In this document: positions 19,362 through 28,358 of the stretch, in pieces
How positions within the stretch are numbered: position 1 is the stretch's first letter
Layout of the letters: each line of letters begins with the position of its first letter
Origin: an uncultured Gemmatimonadales bacterium
Lineage (GTDB): Bacteria > Gemmatimonadota > Gemmatimonadetes > Gemmatimonadales > GWC2-71-9
Assembly (NCBI GenBank): GCA_963730185.1
Contig: CAVSQW010000013.1
Coordinates: forward strand, 64,001 to 128,000
Direction of reading: 5' to 3'
DNA length: 64,000 bases
The notes under the pieces: generated by a model
Databases searched by the model: none
What the model saw: only the letters and a program-made list of their open reading frames with translations
Told to the model about the DNA's origin: nothing
Made by a program: the position numbers and the translations under genes

Positions 19362-19595
19362 ATGACCACCGTCGACGGATCCAATGCGGGGTCGCCCCGG
19401 CTTCCGGGTGCGTGGAACGACCTCCGGGTCCTGGCTCGCGAACGCTGGCCTCGCCTGACCAGCGACGACCTCGATGCGATCGCGGGCGATCGGGTCCGAC
19501 TCGGGGCGTTGGTTCGACGGCGCTACGGAGTCGACCCGGACGAAGCGGAGCGCCAGCTCGACGGCTTTCTGCAAGGCTGGCTGCCGCCCCGATAG
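19362..19595 (+). CDS. CsbD-like general stress protein
   Basis: GGAGGT RBS; G.W..L....RERW..LT.DDL..I.G.R..L...V..RYG....EAERQL pattern. Confidence 0.75.
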   Translation: MTTVDGSNAGSPRLPGAWNDLRVLARERWPRLTSDDLDAIAGDRVRLGALVRRRYGVDPDEAERQLDGFLQGWLPPR

Positions 19596-19681
19596 TGAAC
19601 GGCCGCCGGCGGCGAGCGACCCAACCGGCCCCCCCTTTCCCGGGCCCCGCGCTCGTCTCCGACCGGCTCGTTCCCCCGCAA

Positions 19682-20581
19682 TCACGGCTCGCTCCGTTCG
19701 ACCCGGCTCCATGGCAGGTCTTCCCAGGCGACGCCCTCCGACTCGGGCGCGCGCTCGATCAGGCCCTCAGCCTCCAGCGCCAGCAGGTGGGCCGCCAGCG
19801 ACTGCGCGGCCGCCGGATGCAGGGCCGGATCCACGTCGGCGTAGATCTCCTCGACCAACGCGCCGATCCGGCGAGGGCCGGCGGCAAGGGCCGCGAGCGC
19901 CTGGCGACTGCGAGCCTCGCGATGGGCGTAGAGCTCCCGCATCCGCGAGTAGGGATCCGGGATCGCGGCCCCGTGCGCCGGATGAGCCACTCGGAGACCG
20001 GTCCGGCCCAGGAGCCGATCCAGCGATCGGAGGTAGGCCCTGAGGTCGCCCTCCGGCGGCGCGATGATCGAGGTCGACCATCCCATGACGTGGTCGCCGG
20101 GAAAGAGGGCTCCCTCCTCCTCGAGCAGGAAGCTCAGGTGATCGGGCGTGTGACCAGGCGTGTGAAGCACCCGGAGATGGGTGTCGCCCAGGGCCAACAC
20201 CTCGTCGTCGCGAAGCAACCGGTCGACTCGGAACGGGGCCTTCGGATCCAGGAATCCCACCGGTGCGCCGAGCCGCTTGGCCAGACGAGGGGCGAGGGTC
20301 CAGTGGTCCTCGTGCCCGTGGCTCGGGACAACCAGGACGACCCGAGCGTCGCCCACCGCTCGGGCCACTTGCTCGACGTGGGCGTCATCGGGTGCCTGAC
20401 CCGGCTCCAGGACGACGACTTGGGCGCCGCCCACGATGAACGTGTTGGTGCCGGGCCCGGTGAAGGGCCCGGGGTTGGATTGGGTGAGGCGCCGCACCCG
20501 GGGTGAGAGTCGGATCACTCGGTCGTACCCGATCGGTGCGTCGGAGCCGGTCGGGTCCGTCGGCGTCGGGTCGGAGCTCAC
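19682..20581 (-). CDS. MBL-fold metallo-hydrolase (LACTB2-like)
   Basis: NPGPFTGPGTNTF, SHGHEDH, TPGHTPDH, GDHVMG, PAHG; GTGA-coupled to the NUDIX gene. Confidence 0.9.
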   Translation of the reverse strand: MSSDPTPTDPTGSDAPIGYDRVIRLSPRVRRLTQSNPGPFTGPGTNTFIVGGAQVVVLEPGQAPDDAHVEQVARAVGDARVVLVVPSHGHEDHWTLAPRLAKRLGAPVGFLDPKAPFRVDRLLRDDEVLALGDTHLRVLHTPGHTPDHLSFLLEEEGALFPGDHVMGWSTSIIAPPEGDLRAYLRSLDRLLGRTGLRVAHPAHGAAIPDPYSRMRELYAHREARSRQALAALAAGPRRIGALVEEIYADVDPALHPAAAQSLAAHLLALEAEGLIERAPESEGVAWEDLPWSRVERSEP

Positions 20582-21429
20582 GGCTCGAACGATCGCTCGA
20601 AGACGTCCGGATCGGCGCCGCTGATGTCCGGCGCCCCCTGCTCGTACCCGTCGTCGCCCGGCAGGACCACCCGATCTCGGTAAATCCTGGGCTGGTTGAC
20701 CCGGAGCGGTAGCGGTTGGCGGCGGGCCCACGCCATCGCCGCGTCGACCGACCCGTGCCGGCCCAGCTCCTTCAGGTTCATCAGGGTGGGGAAGATCACC
20801 ATCCACTCGTGCCGGAGCGCCCGGGCGATGGCCTCGCCGGGGGCGACCCAGGCCGATCCGGTCAGTTCGTGCCGGTCGTGAGCCGCCACCTGCCCCTCAG
20901 GCGCCCGGGCGAGAAAGAAGCGGGTATCGAACCGCCGAGGCTCGCCGAGCGGCGTGATCCAGTGGGACCAGTATTCGAGCCGGTCGACCGCCAACTGGAG
21001 CGATTCGCCGCGGGCGATCTCCGCGATCGTCGTCTCGCCGGCGTTGAGCCGGTGACGGAGGCCCTCGAAGTGCTCGGCCCGGGCCGGATCGGCCAGATCC
21101 AACAGGGCTCCGGTCCGGTCGTAGGCGAGGAGCACGCCGACCTCCTCGAAGCTCTCCCGGATCGCGGCGACGTAGTGGGCCAGGCCGCCCGTGGCCAGCC
21201 CGAGGCGGCGGCTGGCCTCGGTTTCGTCCAGACCGGCGAGCAGGGCGGCCTCCACCGCGTCCTCCGGATCGACGCGGCCGCCCGGAAAGACGTACGCCCC
21301 GCCGACAAACGCGGACTTCACGTGGCGCTGGGCCATGAACACGTCGACGCCGGGTTCCCGGGACGGGGTGTCGCGCACCAGGAGGACCGACGAGGCGGGA
21401 TGCGGCTCCATCGCGGCGCCGGCCGTCAC
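20578..21429 (-). CDS. NUDIX hydrolase (NUDT19-like)
   Basis: VFPGGRVD, AAIRESFEEVGV, HWITP..RRFDTRFF. Confidence 0.9.
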   Translation of the reverse strand: MTAGAAMEPHPASSVLLVRDTPSREPGVDVFMAQRHVKSAFVGGAYVFPGGRVDPEDAVEAALLAGLDETEASRRLGLATGGLAHYVAAIRESFEEVGVLLAYDRTGALLDLADPARAEHFEGLRHRLNAGETTIAEIARGESLQLAVDRLEYWSHWITPLGEPRRFDTRFFLARAPEGQVAAHDRHELTGSAWVAPGEAIARALRHEWMVIFPTLMNLKELGRHGSVDAAMAWARRQPLPLRVNQPRIYRDRVVLPGDDGYEQGAPDISGADPDVFERSFEP

Positions 21430-23081
21430 CGGTTCACCAGGCGCCACGACGGGAGCGTCGCCAGCCAGGAGAAGGGGTCGATGGTCAGGCCCGCGATCCT
21501 CCGGGCCGCGATCGCGGTATTGGTCGGGGTGTAGAGAAAGAGTGCCGGCGCGTCGGCGTTGAGCGAGTCCATGACGGCGCGCCAGAGATCCTTCGCCCGA
21601 GCCCGGTCCACGGTGCTCGAGGCCAGATCCATGAGCGAATCCACGGTCGGGTTGGTGTACCGCCCGTAGTTTAGGACGCCCCACCCCGATCGGCCCCACT
21701 GATCGGCCAGGCTCTTCGGGCTGGGCTCATCGAGCCAGGCGCCGATCATTACGTCGTAGCGGCCCCGGGTCAGCCGTTCCTGGAACACCGGGAAATCCAC
21801 CGCGGTGATGGTCGCCTCGACGCCGACCCGTCGCCACATCTCCTGAATCCCCTGCGCCAGGTTCCGGCGGGCCGCGCTCGTCGCGGGCACCAGGATGCCG
21901 AGCGAGAGGGCTCGGCCCCGGCGGCGCCTGATCCCGTCACGGCCGGGTGCCCACCCGAGGGAATCCAGCGTCCTCTTCGCGGCGGCGGTGTCATAGGGCA
22001 GGGTATGGATAGCGTCGTCCCAGATCCAGAGCGCCCGCGACATTGGCCCCGGCGGCACCACCGCATCGGGGCCGATCACGGTGTGGATCAGGGCGCTCCG
22101 GTCCACGGCTTCGGTCAGCGCCTGGCGGAGTGCCCGGTTGGCCAGCAGCGGATGGGGCCGGCCGTTGGGGGTCCGGATCATCAGGCCGGCGAAGCCGTAC
22201 ACGGCCGACGGATACGGGACGAGCACCAGCGACGAGTCGCCGGCCACGCGCCGGCGGGTGTCGGGGCCCGGTGCGGCCTCGATCAGGTCGGCTTCGTGAG
22301 AGAGCAGCAGATTGAGCGCGGCGTCCTGGTCACCCGCGAACCGCCAGATCACTCGCCGGATCTCGGAGGGATCGTCCTGGTGGGTCAGGACCCGTTCCAG
22401 GCTCAGCGACTGCCCCGGCGTCCACGAAGTGACCTTGAACGGTCCCGACCCCACCAGCCGGGCGATCGCGGTGTCGACCGCCCAGTCCTTGGTCGCCAGC
22501 GCTTGCCAGACGTGGCGGGGAATGATCCGGACGTTCCAGACCAGATCGTAGAAAGCGTCCGGCCGCGGGTGCCGAAACCGGACCACCACGGCGGAGTCGC
22601 CGTCGATCGCCACGCTGTCGACGTCGGCGAGGGCCAGCCCCGCGGGGGCGCCTAACGTCGAGTCCCGGAACGCCGCGATCGAGAACCGGACGTCGTAGGA
22701 GCTGACCGGCTGACCGTCCTGCCAGTGGGCGCCGGGCCGGAGCGAGAATCGCCAGCTGCTCGAATCGGGCTGGGTCCACGCCACCGCCAGCCCCGGGCGA
22801 TAGGCGCTTGGATCGGACGGCGACCCACCGCTCGGCAGGTCGGCCAGGTGCTCGAAGACGAGATCGCTGATGTCCCGGCCCACCGTCTCGCTTACCAAAG
22901 GCGGCAAGAGCAGCGAGGGCTCACCGGTCGCGGCGATGACGAGGGTGTTGCAACGGGCTCCACAGTCCGGCCCGGTCCGGCATCCGGCGATCAGGGCGAC
23001 GGTGAGCAGGGCGATCGCCAGCAGGCTGGGTGTGGCGTCTAAGCGTAACGATTCGATGCAAGCAAGCTTGAGCCGATACAT
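21426..23081 (-). CDS. Peptide/nickel ABC transporter substrate-binding lipoprotein (family 5); start uncertain (alternative 23117)
   Basis: LIAGC lipobox; LA..W...D...W.F.LR.G..W.DG.PV...DV.FS, VGSGPFK, RQAL..AVDR, NYGRYTNP. Confidence 0.88.
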   Translation of the reverse strand: MYRLKLACIESLRLDATPSLLAIALLTVALIAGCRTGPDCGARCNTLVIAATGEPSLLLPPLVSETVGRDISDLVFEHLADLPSGGSPSDPSAYRPGLAVAWTQPDSSSWRFSLRPGAHWQDGQPVSSYDVRFSIAAFRDSTLGAPAGLALADVDSVAIDGDSAVVVRFRHPRPDAFYDLVWNVRIIPRHVWQALATKDWAVDTAIARLVGSGPFKVTSWTPGQSLSLERVLTHQDDPSEIRRVIWRFAGDQDAALNLLLSHEADLIEAAPGPDTRRRVAGDSSLVLVPYPSAVYGFAGLMIRTPNGRPHPLLANRALRQALTEAVDRSALIHTVIGPDAVVPPGPMSRALWIWDDAIHTLPYDTAAAKRTLDSLGWAPGRDGIRRRRGRALSLGILVPATSAARRNLAQGIQEMWRRVGVEATITAVDFPVFQERLTRGRYDVMIGAWLDEPSPKSLADQWGRSGWGVLNYGRYTNPTVDSLMDLASSTVDRARAKDLWRAVMDSLNADAPALFLYTPTNTAIAARRIAGLTIDPFSWLATLPSWRLVNR

Positions 23082-23144
23082 TTTCAGAAGCAGTCGTGAT
23101 CCCGTAAGATATTTCATGACATTGTCTTACAGGAAATATTCACG

Positions 23145-23160
23145 GGGCACCTCGTTTGCT
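23145..23160 (+). promoter_or_regulatory. Sigma54 (-24/-12) promoter
   Basis: GGGCAC-CTCGT-TTGCT gives GG-N10-GC, matching TGGCAC-N5-TTGCW. It follows an AT-rich tract and precedes an operon encoding a sigma54 activator. Confidence 0.75.
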
Positions 23161-23241
23161 CAATCAGGTGGACGTCCGGCTAGGCCGATGGGCGGCCGGC
23201 CGAGTTGCAGACATATTTAAGGATGCGGGGGGAGCGTCGCC

Positions 23242-24045
23242 ATGCTGACACGAGTACGAAATGCGGGTTTCGCAGTTGGAACGACCCTGGCGATCGTCGG
23301 TTGTTCGTCCGGTACGGGCCCGGCCGGCGGGCGGCAGATCACTCTCTCGATCGCTGGCACGGCACTCAATGCCTCGGCGGCGCCGGGGGCAGCCGCGGCG
23401 GAGTCGGTGACGGTGGCTGGGCACACATTGGTCCTCGACCAAGTGAGCCTGGTGCTTCGGAAGATCGAGCTCAAGCGGGTGGAGTCGACCGTGTGCATCG
23501 ACGACGACAGCACCTCGTCGGGGCCGGCGGCGAGTGACGGGTCGGGAGAGGGGGAGCACTCCGCCGCCGACGGCTGCGAGGAGATCGCGGTCGGTCCGCT
23601 CCTGGTAGACCTCCCGCTCGGCGGCGGGGTCGAACGAGTGCTCTCGGTGCCGGTCGACTCGGGTACCTTCCGCGGAGTGGAGTTCAAGATCCACCAGCTG
23701 GAGAGCACTCCGGCCGACCAGAACCTCCTGGCCGCCCACCCCGCGCTGATGGGGGTGAGCGTGATGGCGACGGGTACCTTCGACGGGCAGGCGTTCAGCT
23801 TCGCCAGCGACGTGACGGCCAAGCAGGAGTCGCGGCTCGATCCGCCGCTGGTGGTCGCCGACGGGGTCGACGCCAATCTCACCCTCAAGGTGGACGTGGG
23901 GGCATGGTTCACCGTGAACGGCGGGCTGGTGGACCCGGCGCAGGCCGGGTCGGGCCAGCCGCTGGCAAGCGTGGTTCGGGACAACATCCGCCGCTCGTTC
24001 CGGCTCTTCGAGGATCACGATCACGACGGGAAGGATGACCATTGA
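23242..24045 (+). CDS. Lipoprotein (DUF4382-like beta-rich)
   Basis: IVGC lipobox; two further Cys flanking an acidic loop; C-terminal DHDHDG. Confidence 0.75.
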   Translation: MLTRVRNAGFAVGTTLAIVGCSSGTGPAGGRQITLSIAGTALNASAAPGAAAAESVTVAGHTLVLDQVSLVLRKIELKRVESTVCIDDDSTSSGPAASDGSGEGEHSAADGCEEIAVGPLLVDLPLGGGVERVLSVPVDSGTFRGVEFKIHQLESTPADQNLLAAHPALMGVSVMATGTFDGQAFSFASDVTAKQESRLDPPLVVADGVDANLTLKVDVGAWFTVNGGLVDPAQAGSGQPLASVVRDNIRRSFRLFEDHDHDGKDDH

Positions 24046-24057
24046 TCCGGTGACGGG

Positions 24058-25383
24058 ATGACCGTGCGCGTCGCGGTCGTCTCGCTTTCGCCCAGTTTCG
24101 GCGAGTCGGTCCGGGGCCTCTTGGACGAGGCAGGATTGGATGCCGAGTCAGGCGGCCCCGATTGGGGAGGGTCCCTCCCGGTCGGGGTCGCGGCGTGTCT
24201 GGTGCTGGCGGGCGGTGCGGAGCCGGATGGGCTCGATTGGCTGGAGCGAACCGGCGACACGGCCTGTCCCCGCTACCTGATCGGGGCGGCGGCCGATCAT
24301 CGCCTGGCGGTCGGCGCACTTGCCCGGGGCGCGTCCGACTACTTCGCCTTGCCGGACGACCTCGATCTTCTCCGCCGGACCTTGGACCGGATCGGTCGTG
24401 AGGCGCGCGCCGCGGGGGAGACCGAGCGGTTCGCCCAGGACGAGCGCCGGACCAACGGGTTCGACGCCATCATGGGCCGGAGCCCCGCGCTGCTCAGCAT
24501 CCTGGCCCATGCCCGCCGGGTGGCCGGCATCCGCGACGTTACCGTGCTCCTCGGCGGCGAGACCGGCACCGGCAAGGAGCTGCTGGCCCGTGCGATCCAC
24601 TATCAGTCGCCCCGCGCCCGGGCGCCGTTCGTGGAGATCAATTGCGCCGCGATTCCGGCCAGCCTGATCGAGAGCGAGCTCTTCGGTCACGAGCGTGGGG
24701 CTTTCACGGGGGCGGTGGCCGCCAAACCCGGCCTGTTCGAGCTGGCCGACGGCGGGACCATCTTCCTGGACGAGATCGGGAGTCTGCCGATCGACCTCCA
24801 ACCCAAGCTGCTCCGCGCCCTCGAGACCCGGGAGATTCGCCGGGTCGGCGGCCAGACCACCCGGCGGATCGATATCCGCGTGATCGGGGCGACCCACGTG
24901 GATCTGGCCAACGCCGTGGTGGCCGGCGATTTCCGGGAGGATCTCTACTACCGGCTCAACGTGGTGAACCTGGTTCTTCCCCCGCTCCGCGATCGCGGCG
25001 ACGACGTGGACCTCCTGGCCGAGACGTTCCTCACCAAGGTGGCGAGTCGTTACGGCCTGCCGGTTCCGGTCATCTCCACCCCGATGCGCTCCGAGCTCCG
25101 GGCCCACTCCTGGCCTGGCAACGTGCGCGAGCTCAGGAACGCGATCGAGCGCGCCCTCGTGCTCTCGCCGCCGGGCACGCTGGAGCCGGGCCAGCTCCTG
25201 ACTCGTTCGCCGGTGCGCGACCTGCCCGGCGCGCTCCCCTTTCCGGCCCCGCTGGGCACGATCATCCGGGCCGCCGTGCTGGAGACCCTATCGCGGGTCG
25301 ACGGCAACAAGAGCGAAGCCGCGAGGCGCCTCGGCATCTCGCGACCTCGTCTCCAACGCATTCTCGATGGTGAGGCCGAATGA
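24058..25383 (+). CDS. Sigma54-dependent enhancer-binding protein with a degenerate receiver domain
   Basis: GETGTGKE, ESELFGHERGAFTGA, FLDEI, FREDLYYRL, WPGNVRELRN, Fis-type HTH GNKSEAARRLGISR. Confidence 0.95.
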   Translation: MTVRVAVVSLSPSFGESVRGLLDEAGLDAESGGPDWGGSLPVGVAACLVLAGGAEPDGLDWLERTGDTACPRYLIGAAADHRLAVGALARGASDYFALPDDLDLLRRTLDRIGREARAAGETERFAQDERRTNGFDAIMGRSPALLSILAHARRVAGIRDVTVLLGGETGTGKELLARAIHYQSPRARAPFVEINCAAIPASLIESELFGHERGAFTGAVAAKPGLFELADGGTIFLDEIGSLPIDLQPKLLRALETREIRRVGGQTTRRIDIRVIGATHVDLANAVVAGDFREDLYYRLNVVNLVLPPLRDRGDDVDLLAETFLTKVASRYGLPVPVISTPMRSELRAHSWPGNVRELRNAIERALVLSPPGTLEPGQLLTRSPVRDLPGALPFPAPLGTIIRAAVLETLSRVDGNKSEAARRLGISRPRLQRILDGEAE

Positions 25384-26015
25384 CGACCCGATCGACCGTC
25401 CTCCGCCGAATCGCCCGGGGAGCCCTCGCGGCCCTGCTGGTGACCAGCTTGGCCCGCTGCTCCAGCTCCACCGACCCGACCCCGGGCGACTCCCGGCCCG
25501 AGCTGGACCTGAACATCATCCAGCTCCCGGCCAACGCGCCGCCGTTCTACAACACCAGCGCCTCGTTCTACGCCAAGGTCGGGAGCGACGCCTCGGGGTT
25601 CATCTACTTCGAGGACCAGCAGGGCCAGCGGGGCGAGAAGTTCGCGGAGCTCAAGATCCCGGGCGGCGCCCTCGCCGCGCGGCCGGATGGGACGCCGTTC
25701 GCCGCGGGCGATTCGGTGCTGATCACGATGGAAGTGGTCCAGGGTGAGGTGCTGGTGCAGCTCGACCCCTCGGGCCTCACCTTCCGGAGCGGCACCCCCG
25801 CGGAGCTCAAGCTCGATTACGGCGAGGTCGGGGGCGACTACAACCACGACGGCCACGTCGACGGCGCGGATAGCGAGATCGAGCAGAAGCTGGCCATCTG
25901 GCGCCAGGAGAAGGCCGGCGACCCATTCGTCAAGATCGGCACCGTCAAGGTGGAGGATGCCAGCGAGCTCGAAGCCAAGCTGACGTCCTTCAGCCGGTAC
26001 GCGATCGCCTACTGA
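25380..26015 (+). CDS. Lipoprotein with a ZU5-like domain
   Basis: Signal peptide ending LARC; LKIPGGAL, PSGLTF..P.EL.LDY, DYNHDGHVD, terminal SFSRYAIAY. Confidence 0.7.
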   Translation: MTTRSTVLRRIARGALAALLVTSLARCSSSTDPTPGDSRPELDLNIIQLPANAPPFYNTSASFYAKVGSDASGFIYFEDQQGQRGEKFAELKIPGGALAARPDGTPFAAGDSVLITMEVVQGEVLVQLDPSGLTFRSGTPAELKLDYGEVGGDYNHDGHVDGADSEIEQKLAIWRQEKAGDPFVKIGTVKVEDASELEAKLTSFSRYAIAY

Positions 26016-26027
26016 GGCCGCCCAGCC

Positions 26028-27014
26028 GTGATGCTCACGCCCGACGCCGATCCCATCCGCGAGCTCCGAGCCCTGCTCGGCGCGGGCCGGTACCAGGAGA
26101 TCCTGGACCGGTACGTGGCGGACGCCCCGGCGGCCCCGACCGACCCCGGAGTGGCCCTCGGCGTCGCGACTGCGGCCACCCGCCTCGGGCGGTTGGGCGA
26201 CGGCGAGAGCCTGGCCGGTCGGGCCCTGGTCAGCTTCCGCTCCCGGGCGGACGATGACGGCCGGATGCGATGCCTCAACCTGCTGGGGGCGATCGCCTGG
26301 GAGCGGGGCGACCTGCCGGCGGCCGCCCGGCACTGGCAGGGCGCGCTCGAGCTCGCCCGGGTCGACGGCGATACCCTGATGGTCGCGCGAGCGTCGAACA
26401 ACCTGGCCTCGGCGCTCCACCTCGACGGTCGGGTCGGCGAGGCCCGGAGCCTCTATCGCGAGGCGCTGCTGGCGTACCAACGGCTGGCCGATCGCCGGGG
26501 AGCGGCCGAGACGATGCACAATCTGGCCCTGATCGCCCGTCAGGAGGGCGCCCTCCGCGGGGCGGAGGAGGCCGGCGCCGAGGCGGTCCGTCATGCGGAG
26601 CTGGTGGGTGACTCCCTCCTCCTCGCCCTGATGCTGACCGGGCATGCCGAGACCCGGATCGCGACGGGCGACTTCGCCCTGGCGGAGCCCGAGCTGGAGC
26701 GGGCCGAGGCGCTCGCCCGGACGGCCAACGACCCGCTGGGGGTGGCCGAGGTAAGCCGGGTGCGGGCTCTGCGATGGATGGAGCTCCGGCGGCCCGAGCT
26801 GGCGCTCGCGCTGGTGGAGCCGGCCCTGACCGTGGCGGCCGATCTGGGGAGCATGCTGCTGGAAGCGGAGTGCGCGGCGATCGCCTTCCGGGCGCTCCGG
26901 GCCCTGGACCGGCCGGACGAGGCCCGGAATCGCTTCCGACAGGCGGAGAAGCTGTTCCGGTCGCTGGGAGCGAGCCGACTGCTGGCGGAGCTGGAGGCGC
27001 TGGCGGGCCGCTAG
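26028..27014 (+). CDS. Tetratricopeptide-repeat protein (MalT-like TPR array)
   Basis: Repeated helical units CLNLLG, ASNNLA, TMHNLA, A...Y..AL. Confidence 0.85.
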   Translation: MMLTPDADPIRELRALLGAGRYQEILDRYVADAPAAPTDPGVALGVATAATRLGRLGDGESLAGRALVSFRSRADDDGRMRCLNLLGAIAWERGDLPAAARHWQGALELARVDGDTLMVARASNNLASALHLDGRVGEARSLYREALLAYQRLADRRGAAETMHNLALIARQEGALRGAEEAGAEAVRHAELVGDSLLLALMLTGHAETRIATGDFALAEPELERAEALARTANDPLGVAEVSRVRALRWMELRRPELALALVEPALTVAADLGSMLLEAECAAIAFRALRALDRPDEARNRFRQAEKLFRSLGASRLLAELEALAGR

Positions 27015-27629
27015 CTACTTGAAGAGGGCCATCATGGCCCAGCTGAGCACCGACAGCGACATCGAGGTGAGCGCCACGTCGCGGTGCCAGTGGTTGGCGT
27101 TGCCCGACTCGTAGATGTTGTCGCCGGCGGCGATCACGTAGGTGAAGCCGGCCCCCGCCGCGAGAAAGAGCGCGGAGTGAATCAGGCGCTTCTTCCGCCC
27201 CTCCGGATTCTTCCATCCCTCGATCAAGTTCCAGGTGCCGGTCAGCGTGTTCATGCCGAACAGGGCGGCGGTCGCGCCCGCCAGCGGCCCGTGGATGTCG
27301 CGGGTCCACTGGGCCGCGTCGGGTCCCTTGTTCTTGAGCTGGAAACCGGTGTAGCCCGAGCCGATGAAGAGGGGGATCATCGCCCAGCTCACGGCGCGAT
27401 GGATGCCGAGCCGGGTCAGGTAGCCGTCGCTGTACTCGAAGGCTCGCTTCCGGGGACGCTGACGGAGCGAGTCCGGCACCAGCTCGCGGAGCGGGGCGGG
27501 CCTCCAATCCTGGGTGGCGCCGAACGGGCGGATCGCCAGGGTCGTGGCGGGCGGCGGTGCCGGCCGGACCGACACCGATGCCGGTCCCAGCGCGCCGATC
27601 TGGGCGAGGATGACGAGGGTCCCGATCAT
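27015..27629 (-). CDS. Four-TM membrane protein with His-bearing helices
   Basis: Signal-like N-terminus, then four hydrophobic helices each preceded by His. Confidence 0.7.
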   Translation of the reverse strand: MIGTLVILAQIGALGPASVSVRPAPPPATTLAIRPFGATQDWRPAPLRELVPDSLRQRPRKRAFEYSDGYLTRLGIHRAVSWAMIPLFIGSGYTGFQLKNKGPDAAQWTRDIHGPLAGATAALFGMNTLTGTWNLIEGWKNPEGRKKRLIHSALFLAAGAGFTYVIAAGDNIYESGNANHWHRDVALTSMSLSVLSWAMMALFK

Positions 27630-27636
27630 GGGGTCG

Positions 27637-28122
27637 TCAGACGGCGGGGAGGGTGGCGCCCAACACCAGCAGGGCGAACCAGAGGAACGCGCTGGCGTAC
27701 GCGGTGGCGCGGAGCCGTCCCCGGAGCCGATCGCTCGCGGTCTGGGCCCGGAGCCTCCGGGCCGCCGAGCGAAGACCGGCGCCGTTGGCGAGGAGGACCA
27801 GGAGCATTCCCATCTTCACCCAGAACACCGGTGACCCGATCAGGGACTGTAGGTCGGCGAACAGCATCCCCATCCCCGTCACCACCGTGAGGCCGAGGCC
27901 GATCAGCACCGGCCGGTGCAGGCCCTCCAGGGCGTCGAGGTGCTCGGCCAGGCCCCGGCGTTGCCGGAGGGCCCGGAGGGTGGCGCGGTCGGCGGCGATC
28001 GCGAGCCCCCCACCCAGCAACATGCCGCCAAGGTGGAGCGTCGTGACCGCCGTCGACAGCACCGTCGAGTCGCCGTACCAGTCGGCCCAGGAAGAGACGA
28101 GTCCCGCGATCGTGATCGACAT
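27637..28122 (-). CDS. Four-TM membrane protein (DUF6644/DUF2214-like)
   Basis: GGAG RBS; LHLGG, VVTGMGM, SPVFWVKM..L.LL.AN, SAFLW. Confidence 0.7.
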   Translation of the reverse strand: MSITIAGLVSSWADWYGDSTVLSTAVTTLHLGGMLLGGGLAIAADRATLRALRQRRGLAEHLDALEGLHRPVLIGLGLTVVTGMGMLFADLQSLIGSPVFWVKMGMLLVLLANGAGLRSAARRLRAQTASDRLRGRLRATAYASAFLWFALLVLGATLPAV

Positions 28123-28293
28123 CGTCTCCAGCAAGGGCAAGGCGAGTGCCACCGCCCCCGCCAGGAAACCCACCCTCCGGAGTGCAACTCGGTGCAGAAT
28201 GTCGGGCCCGGACCCACCGGTCGCCCGCGACCGGTGAAGGAACCAGCACGTTCGCCCTCCTGCCTCCCACAAAACGCAAGAGCCCCAAAAGCG

Positions 28294-28358
28294 CCCCACT
28301 CCCTACTCCCTACTCCCTACTCCCTCCCAACTCACGACTCCCCACTCCCTAGTCCCTA
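28294..28358 (+). repeat. Intergenic heptamer tandem repeat, (CCCTACT)n-like
   Basis: ccccact ccctact ccctact ccctact ccctccc aactcac gactccc cactccc tagtccc. Confidence 0.85.
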
